32,000 bases of DNA, taken from the NCBI GenBank assembly GCA_000166095.1, contig CP002278.1:690001-722000 (forward strand). The letters run 5' to 3'. A model generated the notes under the pieces. That model was not told the origin of the DNA. It worked only from the letters and a program-made list of their open reading frames with translations, and ran no database searches. Positions 1 through 9,772 of this stretch are shown here, piece after piece; the stretch's first letter is position 1; each line of letters opens with the position of its first letter. This DNA is from Methanothermus fervidus DSM 2088 (GTDB lineage Archaea > Methanobacteriota > Methanobacteria > DSM-2088 > Methanothermaceae). The position numbers and the translations under genes were made by a program.

Positions 1-93
1 ATTTATCTATATTATGGTGCGGCAGATACTGTTGTAGGCGTGGCTAAGATTAAAATAAATGATCTATTTTGGCACCTTGGTGTTAAATTGTGA
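1..93 (+). CDS. C-terminal end of a CDS running in from the left edge, probably GH130-family glycosidase/phosphorylase
   Basis: Frame 1 reads IYLYYGAADTVVGVAKIKINDLFWHLGVKL* with stop at 91-93; the YYGAADT(V/I)xG(V/L)A motif near the C-terminus is typical of GH130 (beta-1,4-mannooligosaccharide phosphorylase-like) proteins. Confidence 0.6.
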   Translation: MYLYYGAADTVVGVAKIKINDLFWHLGVKL

Positions 94-1905
94 TTACGGA
101 GCATAAAAAATCCACAATGAAGCAAAGATAATTGCTAAGGCAAAAATTACTGGTGCAACAATTTTACTTACAGCCACTGTAGAACTAATAGTAGATATAA
201 GTTCTGTAGATGCTGTGGGTCCAAAGGTATTTAATCCTTCTATTCTTATGACTTTGCATCCAACTTCAACTGGTTCTAAATCAGAAATTGCATTTTTTAC
301 AGACTTTATGATATATTCTATTATTTTTTTTCGATTTTTCATACCTACAGGATTGTAACCTCCAGATAAAGTGTTGACTGAATGTGTGTCAGTTGTCATT
401 ATTTCTGCATCATCTACATAATTTTTTAATTTTTTTAAAATTTCTTCTCTAAAACCTTTTACCATATTATTTGAATCTAATAGTATATATGCAAATTTTT
501 GATTATTGACTTTAGTTACCAGTGTTTTGATACCATCTTCTCCAATGCCTTCCTCTTTAGAAATGTCATTTGGCTTTATAGATGAACATCCAACCTCTAT
601 TGGATATTTTTTAATATTACAGTCTATTTTTTCTATAGCGTCCATAATTTCAAACACTTCTTTATTTCCTGGGAGTATTCTAGCTGTTTCGTTGAAGGAA
701 TTATGACAATCTACAATTATCACGTTTTTTGAATTACATTTTGCTTTTGCAAGATTCATAGCAGCAAGTCCAACACCAAAATCTATATCATCTGAGCCTT
801 TTGGTGAAAAGGTTATTAATAACAATAAATCTTTGCCAAAAAACTGTCCTTTAATTTTGCAGTCTTTACTAGAAACTTTAAAAACTTTACTAGCATGTTT
901 TGAATATTCTATCTTATTTATTTCTTGTTTGATAGCTTTCTCTATTTTATATATTTCTTTAGAGGATACAGGATTGAAATCATGTGTGGAAGGACCATGG
1001 GCAACCATAGTAAACGTATTAAAACGTTTTGACAACAATGCAGGCATGTTAGATCCACCTATTTTACCTATAGGTCCTGGGTGTACACAAGGAGTTATAA
1101 ACAATGCTTTCTTTTTATTTCTGGCTTTAAATGAAATTAGACCAACTAAAGTACTTACAGGTACTCCAATTTCTTTGAATACAGATTCTAACGCTGGTGA
1201 TTCTTCTGTGAGATGTGCTATTGCCATGCTTAATAATTCAAGTGCACCTATACCCAAATTTCTCCTTAAGGGGGATTCAACAACTAATACAAAAGAATAT
1301 ATGGCAAATAAAAATATTGCTGAAGCAATAATTATTTTTATGGAAAGAAGTAGTACACTTAAGTAGCCAACATTCATCGTTATAATATCTAAAAATTTTA
1401 AAATTACAAACATACTTACAATAAGGCCTGGTTGTACAGAACTTATAAGTAATGAATTAGATGCGTTTATATTTGACGTTGTCCATATTATGATCATCCT
1501 TATTGCAAAGACCAATACACAAGTAAAAATAAAAGCATTTAATACAACATCAACTTTAAATATTGCATATATACAACACCCTAAAAGATATATTATTGAT
1601 GATATCGTCATGGCGAAAAATGATAAAAACATGGACTGTTTCATTTTCATTCTTCTTCCACCAAGAGAATTAACCCATGGTTGTGTTATTGCACCACTTA
1701 TAATAGCTGAAACTCCAAAAACTAAAAATCCAAAGGTTCCACCATAAAGAATATTGTAGATAGGATTATGGGCAGTGTCGCAAATAATAAAACTAAGAAT
1801 TCCAATAACAAAACTCACAATTGTTATTGCTAAAAATGAAAATTTTGTATCTGGCAATGATAAAATATATTTTGAAAGATTTTTTATACTCTCCATACTT
1901 GACAT
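94..1905 (-). CDS. DUF2070 family polytopic membrane protein
   Basis: 603-aa ORF with multiple N-terminal hydrophobic segments, soluble domain with 'TPCVHPGPIGKIGGSNMP' and 'VIVDCHNSFN', and a C-terminal TM segment; matches archaeal DUF2070 architecture. Confidence 0.75.
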   Translation of the reverse strand: MSSMESIKNLSKYILSLPDTKFSFLAITIVSFVIGILSFIICDTAHNPIYNILYGGTFGFLVFGVSAIISGAITQPWVNSLGGRRMKMKQSMFLSFFAMTISSIIYLLGCCIYAIFKVDVVLNAFIFTCVLVFAIRMIIIWTTSNINASNSLLISSVQPGLIVSMFVILKFLDIITMNVGYLSVLLLSIKIIIASAIFLFAIYSFVLVVESPLRRNLGIGALELLSMAIAHLTEESPALESVFKEIGVPVSTLVGLISFKARNKKKALFITPCVHPGPIGKIGGSNMPALLSKRFNTFTMVAHGPSTHDFNPVSSKEIYKIEKAIKQEINKIEYSKHASKVFKVSSKDCKIKGQFFGKDLLLLITFSPKGSDDIDFGVGLAAMNLAKAKCNSKNVIIVDCHNSFNETARILPGNKEVFEIMDAIEKIDCNIKKYPIEVGCSSIKPNDISKEEGIGEDGIKTLVTKVNNQKFAYILLDSNNMVKGFREEILKKLKNYVDDAEIMTTDTHSVNTLSGGYNPVGMKNRKKIIEYIIKSVKNAISDLEPVEVGCKVIRIEGLNTFGPTASTELISTISSTVAVSKIVAPVIFALAIIFASLWIFYAP

Positions 1906-1995
1906 TTTTTCACATCCAATTTTTTAATTTCATGAAAAGACTGTTGAATAGATTTTTATCTAAAAGATATAATATTTTTGAATCCTGGTGAGAAA

Positions 1996-3942
1996 ATGAA
2001 ATCTATGTCAAATGTAGATGTCTATGCAGTTGTTTATGAATTAAATAAATTATTAAAAGGTTCAAAATTTGTTAAGGCATATCAACCAAGGAAAGACATT
2101 ATAGTGTTGCGATTCCATGTTAAAAATAAGGGTCGGGTAGATGTAATTATACAAACTGGTGTTAGGATTCATGCTACAAGATATTCACTTGAAAATCCCA
2201 AATTTCCACCATCATTCCCTATGCTACTTAGGAAATATTTAAAAGGTGGAATTGTAGAATCTGTAAAACAACATAAATTTGATAGGATTGTAGAATTTAA
2301 TGTTAAGGTTCTAGGTAAGAAAAATTATAAGTTAATAGTGGAATTATTTGGTAAAGGAAATATAATCTTAACAGAAGAAAATGGAAAAATAATTCAGCCA
2401 CTAAGAACTGAGAAATGGAGTGATAGGGAAATTTCGGCTGGTAAAAAATACAAATATCCAGAAAGTAGGGGATTAAATCCATTAAAAATAACTAAATCTA
2501 AACTTAAAGAATTATTATTAAATTCTGATAAAGATGTTGTTAGAACTTTAGCTTTAAATGGTTTTGGAGGAACATATGCTGAAGAAATTGTATATAGATC
2601 AGGAATAGATAAAAACACTCCTTCAAAATCTTTATCAGATAATGAAATCAATAAGATATATGATTCAATAGAGGAAATATATGGATCCCTCAAAGAGTAT
2701 AATTTTAAGCCTCAAATTATAGTTGACAAGGATGTTGTTCCTATTGAATTAAAAATTTATAAAAATTATGAAAAAAGGTACTTTGATAACTTTAATAAGG
2801 CGCTTGACGAATTTTTTACTCCAAAACTCCGTGAAGAATTGAAAAAAGAAAAAGAAAAAGTATGGAAAAATAAAATTGAAAAATTGGAGAGAATATTAAA
2901 TTCTCAAAAAAATGCAATTAAGAGTTTTAAAAAGAAAGCAAAGAAATATAGAGAGATTGGGGATTTAATATATCTCAAATATGAGTTGATATCTAAAGTA
3001 ATAAATACTTTAAAAAATGCTAAAGAAAAATACACTTGGAAAGAAATCATTGAAAAAGTAAAAAAAGCAAAAAAAGAGAATAAAATTAAAATAATAAATT
3101 CTATAACCAAGGATGGAATAGTAACTTTAAATATCGATGGTAAAAGTGTGAATATAGATATCAACAAAAGTCTTGAAAAAAATGCAGAGATTTATTACGA
3201 GAAGGCTAAAAAAATTAGGAAGAAGATTAAAGGCGCAATAAAAGCAATGGAAGAAACAGAAAAGAAGTTAAACAACCTTAAAAAGAAAAGAGACATCGAA
3301 ATAAAGAATATACTCATACCCATCAAAAAAAGAAGAAAATTAAAATGGTTTGAAAAATTTAGATGGTTTATTTCTTCAGACGGATTCTTAGTTATTGGAG
3401 GGAGAGATGCACAAACAAATGAAATAATCGTAAAAAAATACATGGAGGAAAATGACATTTATTTACATGCAGATATTCATGGTGCACCATCAGTTGTAAT
3501 AAAAAATAAAAACAAGAAAATTCCAGAAAATACAATAAATGAAGCAGCTATATTTGCAGCATCATTTTCTAAAGCATGGACATATGGATTAGGATCTGCA
3601 GATGTCTATTGGGTTTATCCTCAACAAGTTACAAAATCCCCTCCTTCTGGAGAATATATATCTAAAGGTGCTTTTGTAATAAGAGGAAAACGGAATTATA
3701 TAAGAAATGTTCCTATAGAACTTGCAGTTGGAATTGTTGATTATGAAGGACCAAGAGTTATGTGTGGACCTGTATCCTCACTTAAAAAATTTTCAAAAAG
3801 ATACGTGAAAATTATACCTGGTTATACAAAAAAAGAGACTATAGCCCGAAAAATATTAAAAATAATAGATAAGGAAAAAATTTTTAGAATTGAAGATATA
3901 ATAAGGGTTTTACCACCGGGAAAATGTGACTTAGTTTCATGA
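1996..3942 (+). CDS. rqcH: NFACT-family protein (RqcH/Rqc2/NEMF homolog; ribosome quality control)
   Basis: N-terminal 'MSNVDVYAVVYELNKLLKGSKFVKAYQP', central coiled coil, C-terminal NFACT-R-like 'WFEKFRWFISSDGFLVIGGRDAQTNE..YLHADIHGAPSVVIKN'. ATG at 1996 preceded by GGTGAG preferred over the track start at 1978. Confidence 0.88.
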   Translation: MKSMSNVDVYAVVYELNKLLKGSKFVKAYQPRKDIIVLRFHVKNKGRVDVIIQTGVRIHATRYSLENPKFPPSFPMLLRKYLKGGIVESVKQHKFDRIVEFNVKVLGKKNYKLIVELFGKGNIILTEENGKIIQPLRTEKWSDREISAGKKYKYPESRGLNPLKITKSKLKELLLNSDKDVVRTLALNGFGGTYAEEIVYRSGIDKNTPSKSLSDNEINKIYDSIEEIYGSLKEYNFKPQIIVDKDVVPIELKIYKNYEKRYFDNFNKALDEFFTPKLREELKKEKEKVWKNKIEKLERILNSQKNAIKSFKKKAKKYREIGDLIYLKYELISKVINTLKNAKEKYTWKEIIEKVKKAKKENKIKIINSITKDGIVTLNIDGKSVNIDINKSLEKNAEIYYEKAKKIRKKIKGAIKAMEETEKKLNNLKKKRDIEIKNILIPIKKRRKLKWFEKFRWFISSDGFLVIGGRDAQTNEIIVKKYMEENDIYLHADIHGAPSVVIKNKNKKIPENTINEAAIFAASFSKAWTYGLGSADVYWVYPQQVTKSPPSGEYISKGAFVIRGKRNYIRNVPIELAVGIVDYEGPRVMCGPVSSLKKFSKRYVKIIPGYTKKETIARKILKIIDKEKIFRIEDIIRVLPPGKCDLVS

Positions 3943-4194
3943 TTTCTTTAATATGAAATTTAGATCAATAGCATATCTTCCTTCCTTATCAGACACTATA
4001 ACAGATTCGCTGTTCATAAGCATACCAATGTTAATCTCATAAACACCGTCTTTTTTAATTGATATTGTTTCAATGCCATCTTTATCTTTCTTTTCTTTTA
4101 AATATCTAAAAAATTTATTGCCACAATTAGGACAACCATTAATAACATCTTTCATGGATTTATATTTTTTCTTACATTTGATGCATTGATGCAC
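3937..4194 (-). CDS. Small zinc-ribbon protein (DUF2072-like, archaeal conserved)
   Basis: CxxC...CPNCG zinc ribbon; probable GTG start at 4194 ([10 protein letters not shown]) preceded by GGTG; clustered with DUF2073 and Era-like GTPase genes as in many euryarchaea. Track start is 4215. Confidence 0.7.
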   Translation of the reverse strand: MHQCIKCKKKYKSMKDVINGCPNCGNKFFRYLKEKKDKDGIETISIKKDGVYEINIGMLMNSESVIVSDKEGRYAIDLNFILKKS

Positions 4195-4552
4195 AAGAAT
4201 CACCAAGCTTTGCAACTATTGAAAGAAAATTAGGTTTCCTTTTAACAGTTTTCATAATATTTGCAGGTCCAATAATTGTAAATTTTACATCTTTTTTACT
4301 TGAGAAGCCTAAAAATGATTTTTTATTTTTTTCAAACTTTTGAATGTCTATTCCAATAAAATTTTCAGTATCAATCTCTCTCATCGTTGTTTCAATGAGT
4401 TCTGCCTCCTCAGTAGGAGATAACCCACCCTCAATTACCAAAATATTTCCATTTTTAACTTTTTCAAGAATCATCGATATTTTTTCCATACTAGTTTTTT
4501 TGTTAAGCAATTCACGAGATAAAAAATCCATTTTTAATTTTTCTTTTTCCAT
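4172..4552 (-). CDS. DUF2073 family protein
   Basis: '[49 protein letters not shown]'; ATG at 4552 preceded by AGGAGG, preferred over the track start at 4591. Confidence 0.75.
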   Translation of the reverse strand: MEKEKLKMDFLSRELLNKKTSMEKISMILEKVKNGNILVIEGGLSPTEEAELIETTMREIDTENFIGIDIQKFEKNKKSFLGFSSKKDVKFTIIGPANIMKTVKRKPNFLSIVAKLGDSCASMHQM

Positions 4553-4562
4553 TTGAAACCTC

Positions 4563-5147
4563 CTATCTAAAAGTACGTAGCATGGTCTCATACAATTTAT
4601 CTAAATTTTCTTTTTTAAGGGCAGATATAGGAACTACAATATGTTGTGGGAATATAGATTCTATTTTTTGTGGTTTAGCTTCTGGTAGATCTATTTTATT
4701 TGCAACAATGAAAAATGGTATGTCTCTTGCCTCTAAATTTCCTATTATAGTTACATTTGCTTGTGTTAATGGATCTCTGGTTGAATCCATAACCAATAAT
4801 ACGCCATCTACGTCATTTAACCACTTAATTGCTTCAATTACTCCTTTTGTTGCCTCTTTAGCTCTTTTTTTAGCTTCATCAGGAGGTAAACCAAACTCTA
4901 AAAATTTCCTATAATCAACTTTTGTTGTTATTCCTGGTGTATCTACAATGTCAAAAATCAATTTTGCACCGTCTTTTTCAATTACAACTTCTCTTTGAAA
5001 ATTTACTTTTCTAGTTTCATGGGGAATTTCAGATACTTTGCCTAATGATTTTCCAACCCAATCTTCACAAATTGCATTTGCAAGCGTTGTTTTTCCTGCA
5101 TTAGGGTGTCCATATATTCCCAATTTTAATTTTTTATTTCTTCTCAA
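4563..5147 (-). CDS. Era-like GTP-binding protein
   Basis: G1 'GHPNAGKTT', G3 'DTPG', G4 'NKID', G5 'VPISALK'. Confidence 0.88.
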   Translation of the reverse strand: MRRNKKLKLGIYGHPNAGKTTLANAICEDWVGKSLGKVSEIPHETRKVNFQREVVIEKDGAKLIFDIVDTPGITTKVDYRKFLEFGLPPDEAKKRAKEATKGVIEAIKWLNDVDGVLLVMDSTRDPLTQANVTIIGNLEARDIPFFIVANKIDLPEAKPQKIESIFPQHIVVPISALKKENLDKLYETMLRTFR

Positions 5148-5183
5148 GAGTTTATCAAGTATTTTTGAAAAAAATTCACAATA

Positions 5184-5882
5184 TCACTCCTCATAACTTT
5201 CTCCCGGATTTAAAACTACTACTTTTGTTTCTGGAGATTCTCTTTTAACTAAATCCCTAAATTCTTCAGGATCTTGTTTTATTACAGGGAAAGTATTGTA
5301 GTGCATAGGTATTACCACGCGCGGAGATATCCATTTTACAGCAATTGCTGCATCCTTAGGATCCATTGTGTAGTGTCCACCAATAGGTAACAAAGCAATA
5401 TCTGGTTTATAAATTTCACCTATTACAGTTTTCATGTCGCCAAAAAGTCCTGTATCTCCTGCATGGTAAATTTTTTTATTGTTTTCCAACTCTATTATAA
5501 AACCAGCAGGATGACCGCCTGGTCTTCTTTCACCCATTATATCTACAGTACAAGAATGTTTTGCTTCCACCATTCTTATCTTAATATTTTCAATTTCCAA
5601 AGAACCTCCTATATTCATACCTTCAGCTCTAAGACCATTTTCAGAAAATATCTCTGAAAGTTCATGAATAGTGACAGCTGTTGCATTTGTTTTATTTACA
5701 ATATCTAAAGCATCACCAAAATGATCTCTGTGGCCATGTGTTATACATACAATGTCAGGTTTAAATTCTTCTACAACTTTATCACAAGCAGGATTTTCGC
5801 TTATGAACGGATCTATTAATATTTTTAGGCCTTCTTCAGATATTATTTCAAAAACAGAGTGGCCAAACCATGTTATTTTCAC
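5184..5882 (-). CDS. UPF0173 family metal-dependent hydrolase (metallo-beta-lactamase fold)
   Basis: 'MKITWFGHSVFEI...CITHGHRDHFGDALDI...IYHAGDTGLFGDM...LLPIGGHYTMDPKDAAIA...PMHYNTFPVI'. Confidence 0.9.
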   Translation of the reverse strand: MKITWFGHSVFEIISEEGLKILIDPFISENPACDKVVEEFKPDIVCITHGHRDHFGDALDIVNKTNATAVTIHELSEIFSENGLRAEGMNIGGSLEIENIKIRMVEAKHSCTVDIMGERRPGGHPAGFIIELENNKKIYHAGDTGLFGDMKTVIGEIYKPDIALLPIGGHYTMDPKDAAIAVKWISPRVVIPMHYNTFPVIKQDPEEFRDLVKRESPETKVVVLNPGESYEE

Positions 5883-6841
5883 GTTAATTTACCTCCTATC
5901 TCTTTTGAAATCCCCCATGCTTCTTCAAATAGTTTTTTTATTTTAGATACAGATTCCTTATCTTTATATACACTGCCTACCTCAAAACTATCATAAATTG
6001 GGTCGGTTGATATAAGAATCCCTTGTTTGTTATCCACAACAGCTGCTATAGTTGGTATATTTTCCATAACTTTGATCTTAACACCATTATCTATTAAAAG
6101 TTTTAAAATACTCGTAGCAATTTCATCATCAAGGTTTGCCTCTTGCACTATTAACTTACAATTGTCAACACTTATTAATTTTTTAACAACATCTAAATTC
6201 ATTTCTCTTATCCAAGGATATGTCATCAAAATTTCTTTTTTGCCACTCATTATTATTTTTCTTAAAGTTTCATCTAATTTTGAGTCATCAAAAGACCATA
6301 TAATATTTGATTCACCTATTTCTCTTAAAGGTGTAGTACTTGACAATTTTTCATTTATAAATCCTTGTATGTCATCAATACTTCCAATAGAATTTGTTAT
6401 TTGTTTCAATCTTCCACTAAGACCTTTATTTTTCCTCTTTAACTTTTCTTTATCTTTAATTTTTTGTGTTTTAACTTTCTTTTTTTCTATTCTTTCAACA
6501 GGTTTTTTTATTTCTTTTTTTTCAATCTTAGGCTTAGGTTTGATAGTTTCAATAGCTTTTTTTAATCTTTCGATTTTTGGTTTTTTAGGTTTTGGTTTTT
6601 CTTTTAAAACAGGTTCTTTTCTTTTTGATTCAATGCTCTTTATAGGTCTCTTAAGTTCTCTTATGTCAGTAGAAATGCCAGAAATAGCTATTAATGTCAT
6701 TAAAAGACCTATCACAAATAGTATCACACCAACAACATACATAAAAAAGTTTGGAGGGATTGTAAATCCAAAAGTTATCACTATGTAAGCACCAAGAATT
6801 AATATGAAAGGCGCTGTTAATGCTAAAGCAATGTATTTCAT
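5879..6841 (-). CDS. Membrane protein: two N-terminal TM segments, Lys/Pro-rich linker, C-terminal phospholipase-D/TrmB-C-like domain
   Basis: Hydrophobic helices in first ~60 aa, highly charged PKPKKPKIERLKK linker, C-terminal 'EILMTYPWIREMNLDVVKKLISVDNCKLIVQEANLDDEIATSILKLLIDNGVKIKVMENIPTIAAVVDNKQGILISTDP'. Overlaps the UPF0173 start by 4 bp. Confidence 0.6.
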   Translation of the reverse strand: MKYIALALTAPFILILGAYIVITFGFTIPPNFFMYVVGVILFVIGLLMTLIAISGISTDIRELKRPIKSIESKRKEPVLKEKPKPKKPKIERLKKAIETIKPKPKIEKKEIKKPVERIEKKKVKTQKIKDKEKLKRKNKGLSGRLKQITNSIGSIDDIQGFINEKLSSTTPLREIGESNIIWSFDDSKLDETLRKIIMSGKKEILMTYPWIREMNLDVVKKLISVDNCKLIVQEANLDDEIATSILKLLIDNGVKIKVMENIPTIAAVVDNKQGILISTDPIYDSFEVGSVYKDKESVSKIKKLFEEAWGISKEIGGKLT

Positions 6842-6889
6842 TAATTATCCTCCAAAATATTATCAATTATAAATTTTAAAATATTATAT

Positions 6890-7471
6890 TTATGAAGTTT
6901 TTGCTCGTGCAAGATCTTCAAGAGTTCTCTCCAAAATATACCTAGCATGGTCTTGTTTATGTCTAATGTTTATAAGCCCTTTTGGATAATCAAAAATTAG
7001 CAACTCATCATGTAAATTTTTAATTGAATTACAAATTTTTTCTGCCTCATCTAAATCATTCTTAACCAATTTTTCTAAAAAATATCTTCTAAGTTCACCT
7101 ATTAGATCACCAATGCCAAGTAAATAATGAGACTCTGGGATTCCAATTTCCTCTGGAAGAGGAAAATCTTTCTTATTTATATAATTATAAAATAACAATG
7201 CCTCTACATATTCTTGGTGTGCATTCCTAACATATCCTGCATAATACAAATCGGGGTGATCTTTAAGCATTTTTCTGAGTTTTTTAACTAATTTTTCTGC
7301 ATTCCTTAATTTTTCAGTTGCTAAATCTAACTCATCTTTATGTAATGCTCTTATACATTCTCCTGACAATCTTATTATCTTTCTAGTTATTTGTAAAGTT
7401 TCTTCTCTTAATTCATCTTTTTTATCAAGTACTTTTTTTATTTTTTTGATTACGTTTTTCATTTTAACCAC
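6890..7471 (-). CDS. Translin family protein
   Basis: All-helical 193 aa: 'REETLQITRKIIRLSGECIRALHKDEL', 'YAGYVRNAHQEYVEALLFYNYI', 'YLLGIGDLIGELRRYFLEKLVKNDLDEAE', 'NIRHKQDHARYILERTLEDLA'. ATG at 7462 overlapping the upstream stop (ATGA) is an alternative start. Confidence 0.85.
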   Translation of the reverse strand: MVKMKNVIKKIKKVLDKKDELREETLQITRKIIRLSGECIRALHKDELDLATEKLRNAEKLVKKLRKMLKDHPDLYYAGYVRNAHQEYVEALLFYNYINKKDFPLPEEIGIPESHYLLGIGDLIGELRRYFLEKLVKNDLDEAEKICNSIKNLHDELLIFDYPKGLINIRHKQDHARYILERTLEDLARAKTS

Positions 7472-8811
7472 ACAGTCACATAGTCTGACCTTTCCTTGAA
7501 TTTTTTACCTGGTTTTATTATATCAACGCCAAACATCGCTGCATATGCATTATCAAAACTTGAGGTAGGAATTTCAATCATCACAGAATTTTTATTTCTA
7601 TTCATACTTATATTTTGCACTGAAATACTATTACTTGCAAATTTTTTACAAAATGCATTATTCCCTCTACATATAATGTCTATTCGTGAAACATTCTTAT
7701 CGCTAAATATCCTCACATGGAAAATTACAATACAGTTCTCACTTATGTTATAGTTGGTTGAAACACCTAGTTTAATTTTATTTCCTTGATGTAAGATGGA
7801 TAATGCCACAATGTCGCCTTGAGATATATCACTTATATTCACTTTTTTCTCTTGCTTTGCCTTAGAAGCTAAAATAGAAGGTACGGTTATATTTTTTGAT
7901 ATTTCTAGTTTTGGTTCTGGATATATTCCAAATAGCTCATTTCTCCTTACAAATGCTTCAAGTGTGGGATCTGGTGTTATTTGTGATTTATATTGTGACA
8001 AGGCTTTAGCTTTTGCTTGTTCTTCTTCTTCAGTTAAGTTGAAATATACCCACCTAACATGTCTTCTCAAAAGTTTTGGAGGTTCTAATGTCATTTGGGG
8101 GCTATAATAAGGCGGACTTGGCCATCCCTTTATTTTATGGACAAGATATGTATATTTTGTGCAGGTATATTTCATTTTTGTTAAAGTGTATTGTACAAAG
8201 AGGTATGTAGCCCAATGATCAGTGTGATAATCTCCAGGATCAGGGTATATGATTATTGTAGGTTTCGTTACACTTATAATTTCCTCAAGATTATTTACAA
8301 CGTTTTCTCCACAATATTCTTCTCCTTTTTTATATGCAAATGAATAAGGTACATGATCATATCCGTTTGCACCTTTGTATGGATTCCCAGGATCCCAATA
8401 TTTATCAAACATTGCAGCCAATCCACAATCAGGAAACCCTAGAAAAATGACATGATTTTCAGGTAGTCCTAATTTTTTGGCAGCATTTATCGTCTCCTGA
8501 TGTCTTAGATATCCTAATCTAACAGGGTTTATAATATTCTTTTTCCCAAGTTTTCCTTCTGCATCTCCACAAGTCATTACAACAACGTAAACCGGAATAT
8601 TTTCTTTTACAGCTTTATTAATTAATCCGCCTGCAGCAAGTACTTCATCATCAGGGTGCGGGGCAATCACCAATATTCTGTCGGATGACTCCAAATGAAC
8701 AACGTTTTCTGGCTGATTTTTATCAGAATAAACAGAGTAAATAAATGTTATCATGATTAAAATTGCAACAAAAATTATTGCCATCTTATTCATATTTCTC
8801 AATATTTTCAC
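7459..8811 (-). CDS. PIG-L family deacetylase with N-terminal signal/TM anchor
   Basis: 'ILVIAPHPDDEVLAAGGLINKAV..VYVVVMTCGDA' and 'DYHTDHWATYLF' motifs; N-terminal 'MAIIFVAILIMITFIYSVYS'; ~140-aa C-terminal extension of predicted beta character. Confidence 0.87.
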   Translation of the reverse strand: MKILRNMNKMAIIFVAILIMITFIYSVYSDKNQPENVVHLESSDRILVIAPHPDDEVLAAGGLINKAVKENIPVYVVVMTCGDAEGKLGKKNIINPVRLGYLRHQETINAAKKLGLPENHVIFLGFPDCGLAAMFDKYWDPGNPYKGANGYDHVPYSFAYKKGEEYCGENVVNNLEEIISVTKPTIIIYPDPGDYHTDHWATYLFVQYTLTKMKYTCTKYTYLVHKIKGWPSPPYYSPQMTLEPPKLLRRHVRWVYFNLTEEEEQAKAKALSQYKSQITPDPTLEAFVRRNELFGIYPEPKLEISKNITVPSILASKAKQEKKVNISDISQGDIVALSILHQGNKIKLGVSTNYNISENCIVIFHVRIFSDKNVSRIDIICRGNNAFCKKFASNSISVQNISMNRNKNSVMIEIPTSSFDNAYAAMFGVDIIKPGKKFKERSDYVTVWLK

Positions 8812-8870
8812 CTCCTTTCCATAAAGACAAAGTTTATCTAAAAAGAAAGAAATATTTAAATTTTTCTTTT

Positions 8871-9668
8871 TTAGCAGTCTATGTCGTCTAAAATTTTTAA
8901 TATTTCCTTTATATTTTTAATGACAATGTCAGAAGCATCTAAAACATCATTAGGTATTTTTTCTCCATGTTGGAGAGTTAATATACCTACGTCTGCAGCT
9001 TTTAGTGCCAATACATCGTTTGGACCGTTTCCTACCATAACAACTTTACCTCTTTTTTTAAAATTTTTTACAACCTTCTCTTTTCCTTTAGGATCAAGAT
9101 GTCCAAAAACATTAGAAATAGGTATTTTTATAATCCTTGCCAACTCTTTCAAAGCTTCTTCTCTATCACCAGAAGCAATATAGACCTCTATGTTTCTCTT
9201 TTTTAATTCATTTATAACTTCTTTAACACCAGGAAATAATTTTCCACCAGCTGCTAATAAAAATTCTATTTCACAGGTGTCCAGGTTTCCAATGAATCCT
9301 GAGCCTGTACATATTTGTATATTAAAGCCTTTTTTACCTACTTTCCTCAATAAATCTTGTAATTCCTTAACTGTACATTCACAAGTTTTTAACATTTTAA
9401 TAATTGTTTTGTTCTTAATTTTGAATGGATAAGTAGCACTTACTCTTATTTTGTTCTTCTTGATAAAATCATATATTTTTTGATTTGGGTTGGCATTAAG
9501 TAAACATGAGAGTGAGTCTGTATCTATACCTAACAAAACACGATTCTTTGTATGGTCTACAATCTCTTGGGAACCTATGTCAAAACAATATTTACCAGAT
9601 CTTAAGTCCTTAACAGCAATATATCTTTTTGTTAACGTTCCTGCATTGTCAAACACAAATATTTTCAT
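8871..9668 (-). CDS. HAD-superfamily hydrolase resembling the P-type ATPase catalytic domain (soluble)
   Basis: 'FDNAGTLTKR', 'IEVYIASGDREEALKELARIIKI', 'VVMVGNGPNDVLALKAADVGI'. The internal Met at 9668 (MKIFVFDNAGT) is a likelier start than 9719. Confidence 0.75.
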   Translation of the reverse strand: MKIFVFDNAGTLTKRYIAVKDLRSGKYCFDIGSQEIVDHTKNRVLLGIDTDSLSCLLNANPNQKIYDFIKKNKIRVSATYPFKIKNKTIIKMLKTCECTVKELQDLLRKVGKKGFNIQICTGSGFIGNLDTCEIEFLLAAGGKLFPGVKEVINELKKRNIEVYIASGDREEALKELARIIKIPISNVFGHLDPKGKEKVVKNFKKRGKVVMVGNGPNDVLALKAADVGILTLQHGEKIPNDVLDASDIVIKNIKEILKILDDIDC

Positions 9669-9772
9669 TTTACTGACGGCCTTTATCAATAAACAACATT
9701 TAATATTCAAAAACCTCATTAATTATATAAAAAATATTTTAAGCAAGGTGAAGAGTAAAAATAGGTGTTTAG

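Noticed and set aside
833-1366. 177-aa plus-strand ORF (and 506-706, 1490-1747) within the DUF2070 gene
   Set aside because: Antisense to a well-supported membrane protein gene; sequence looks like low-complexity shadow coding with no recognisable motif.
6027-6788. 253-aa plus-strand ORF
   Set aside because: Hydrophobic F/S/I-rich translation antisense to the Lys-rich membrane protein gene; typical mirror ORF.
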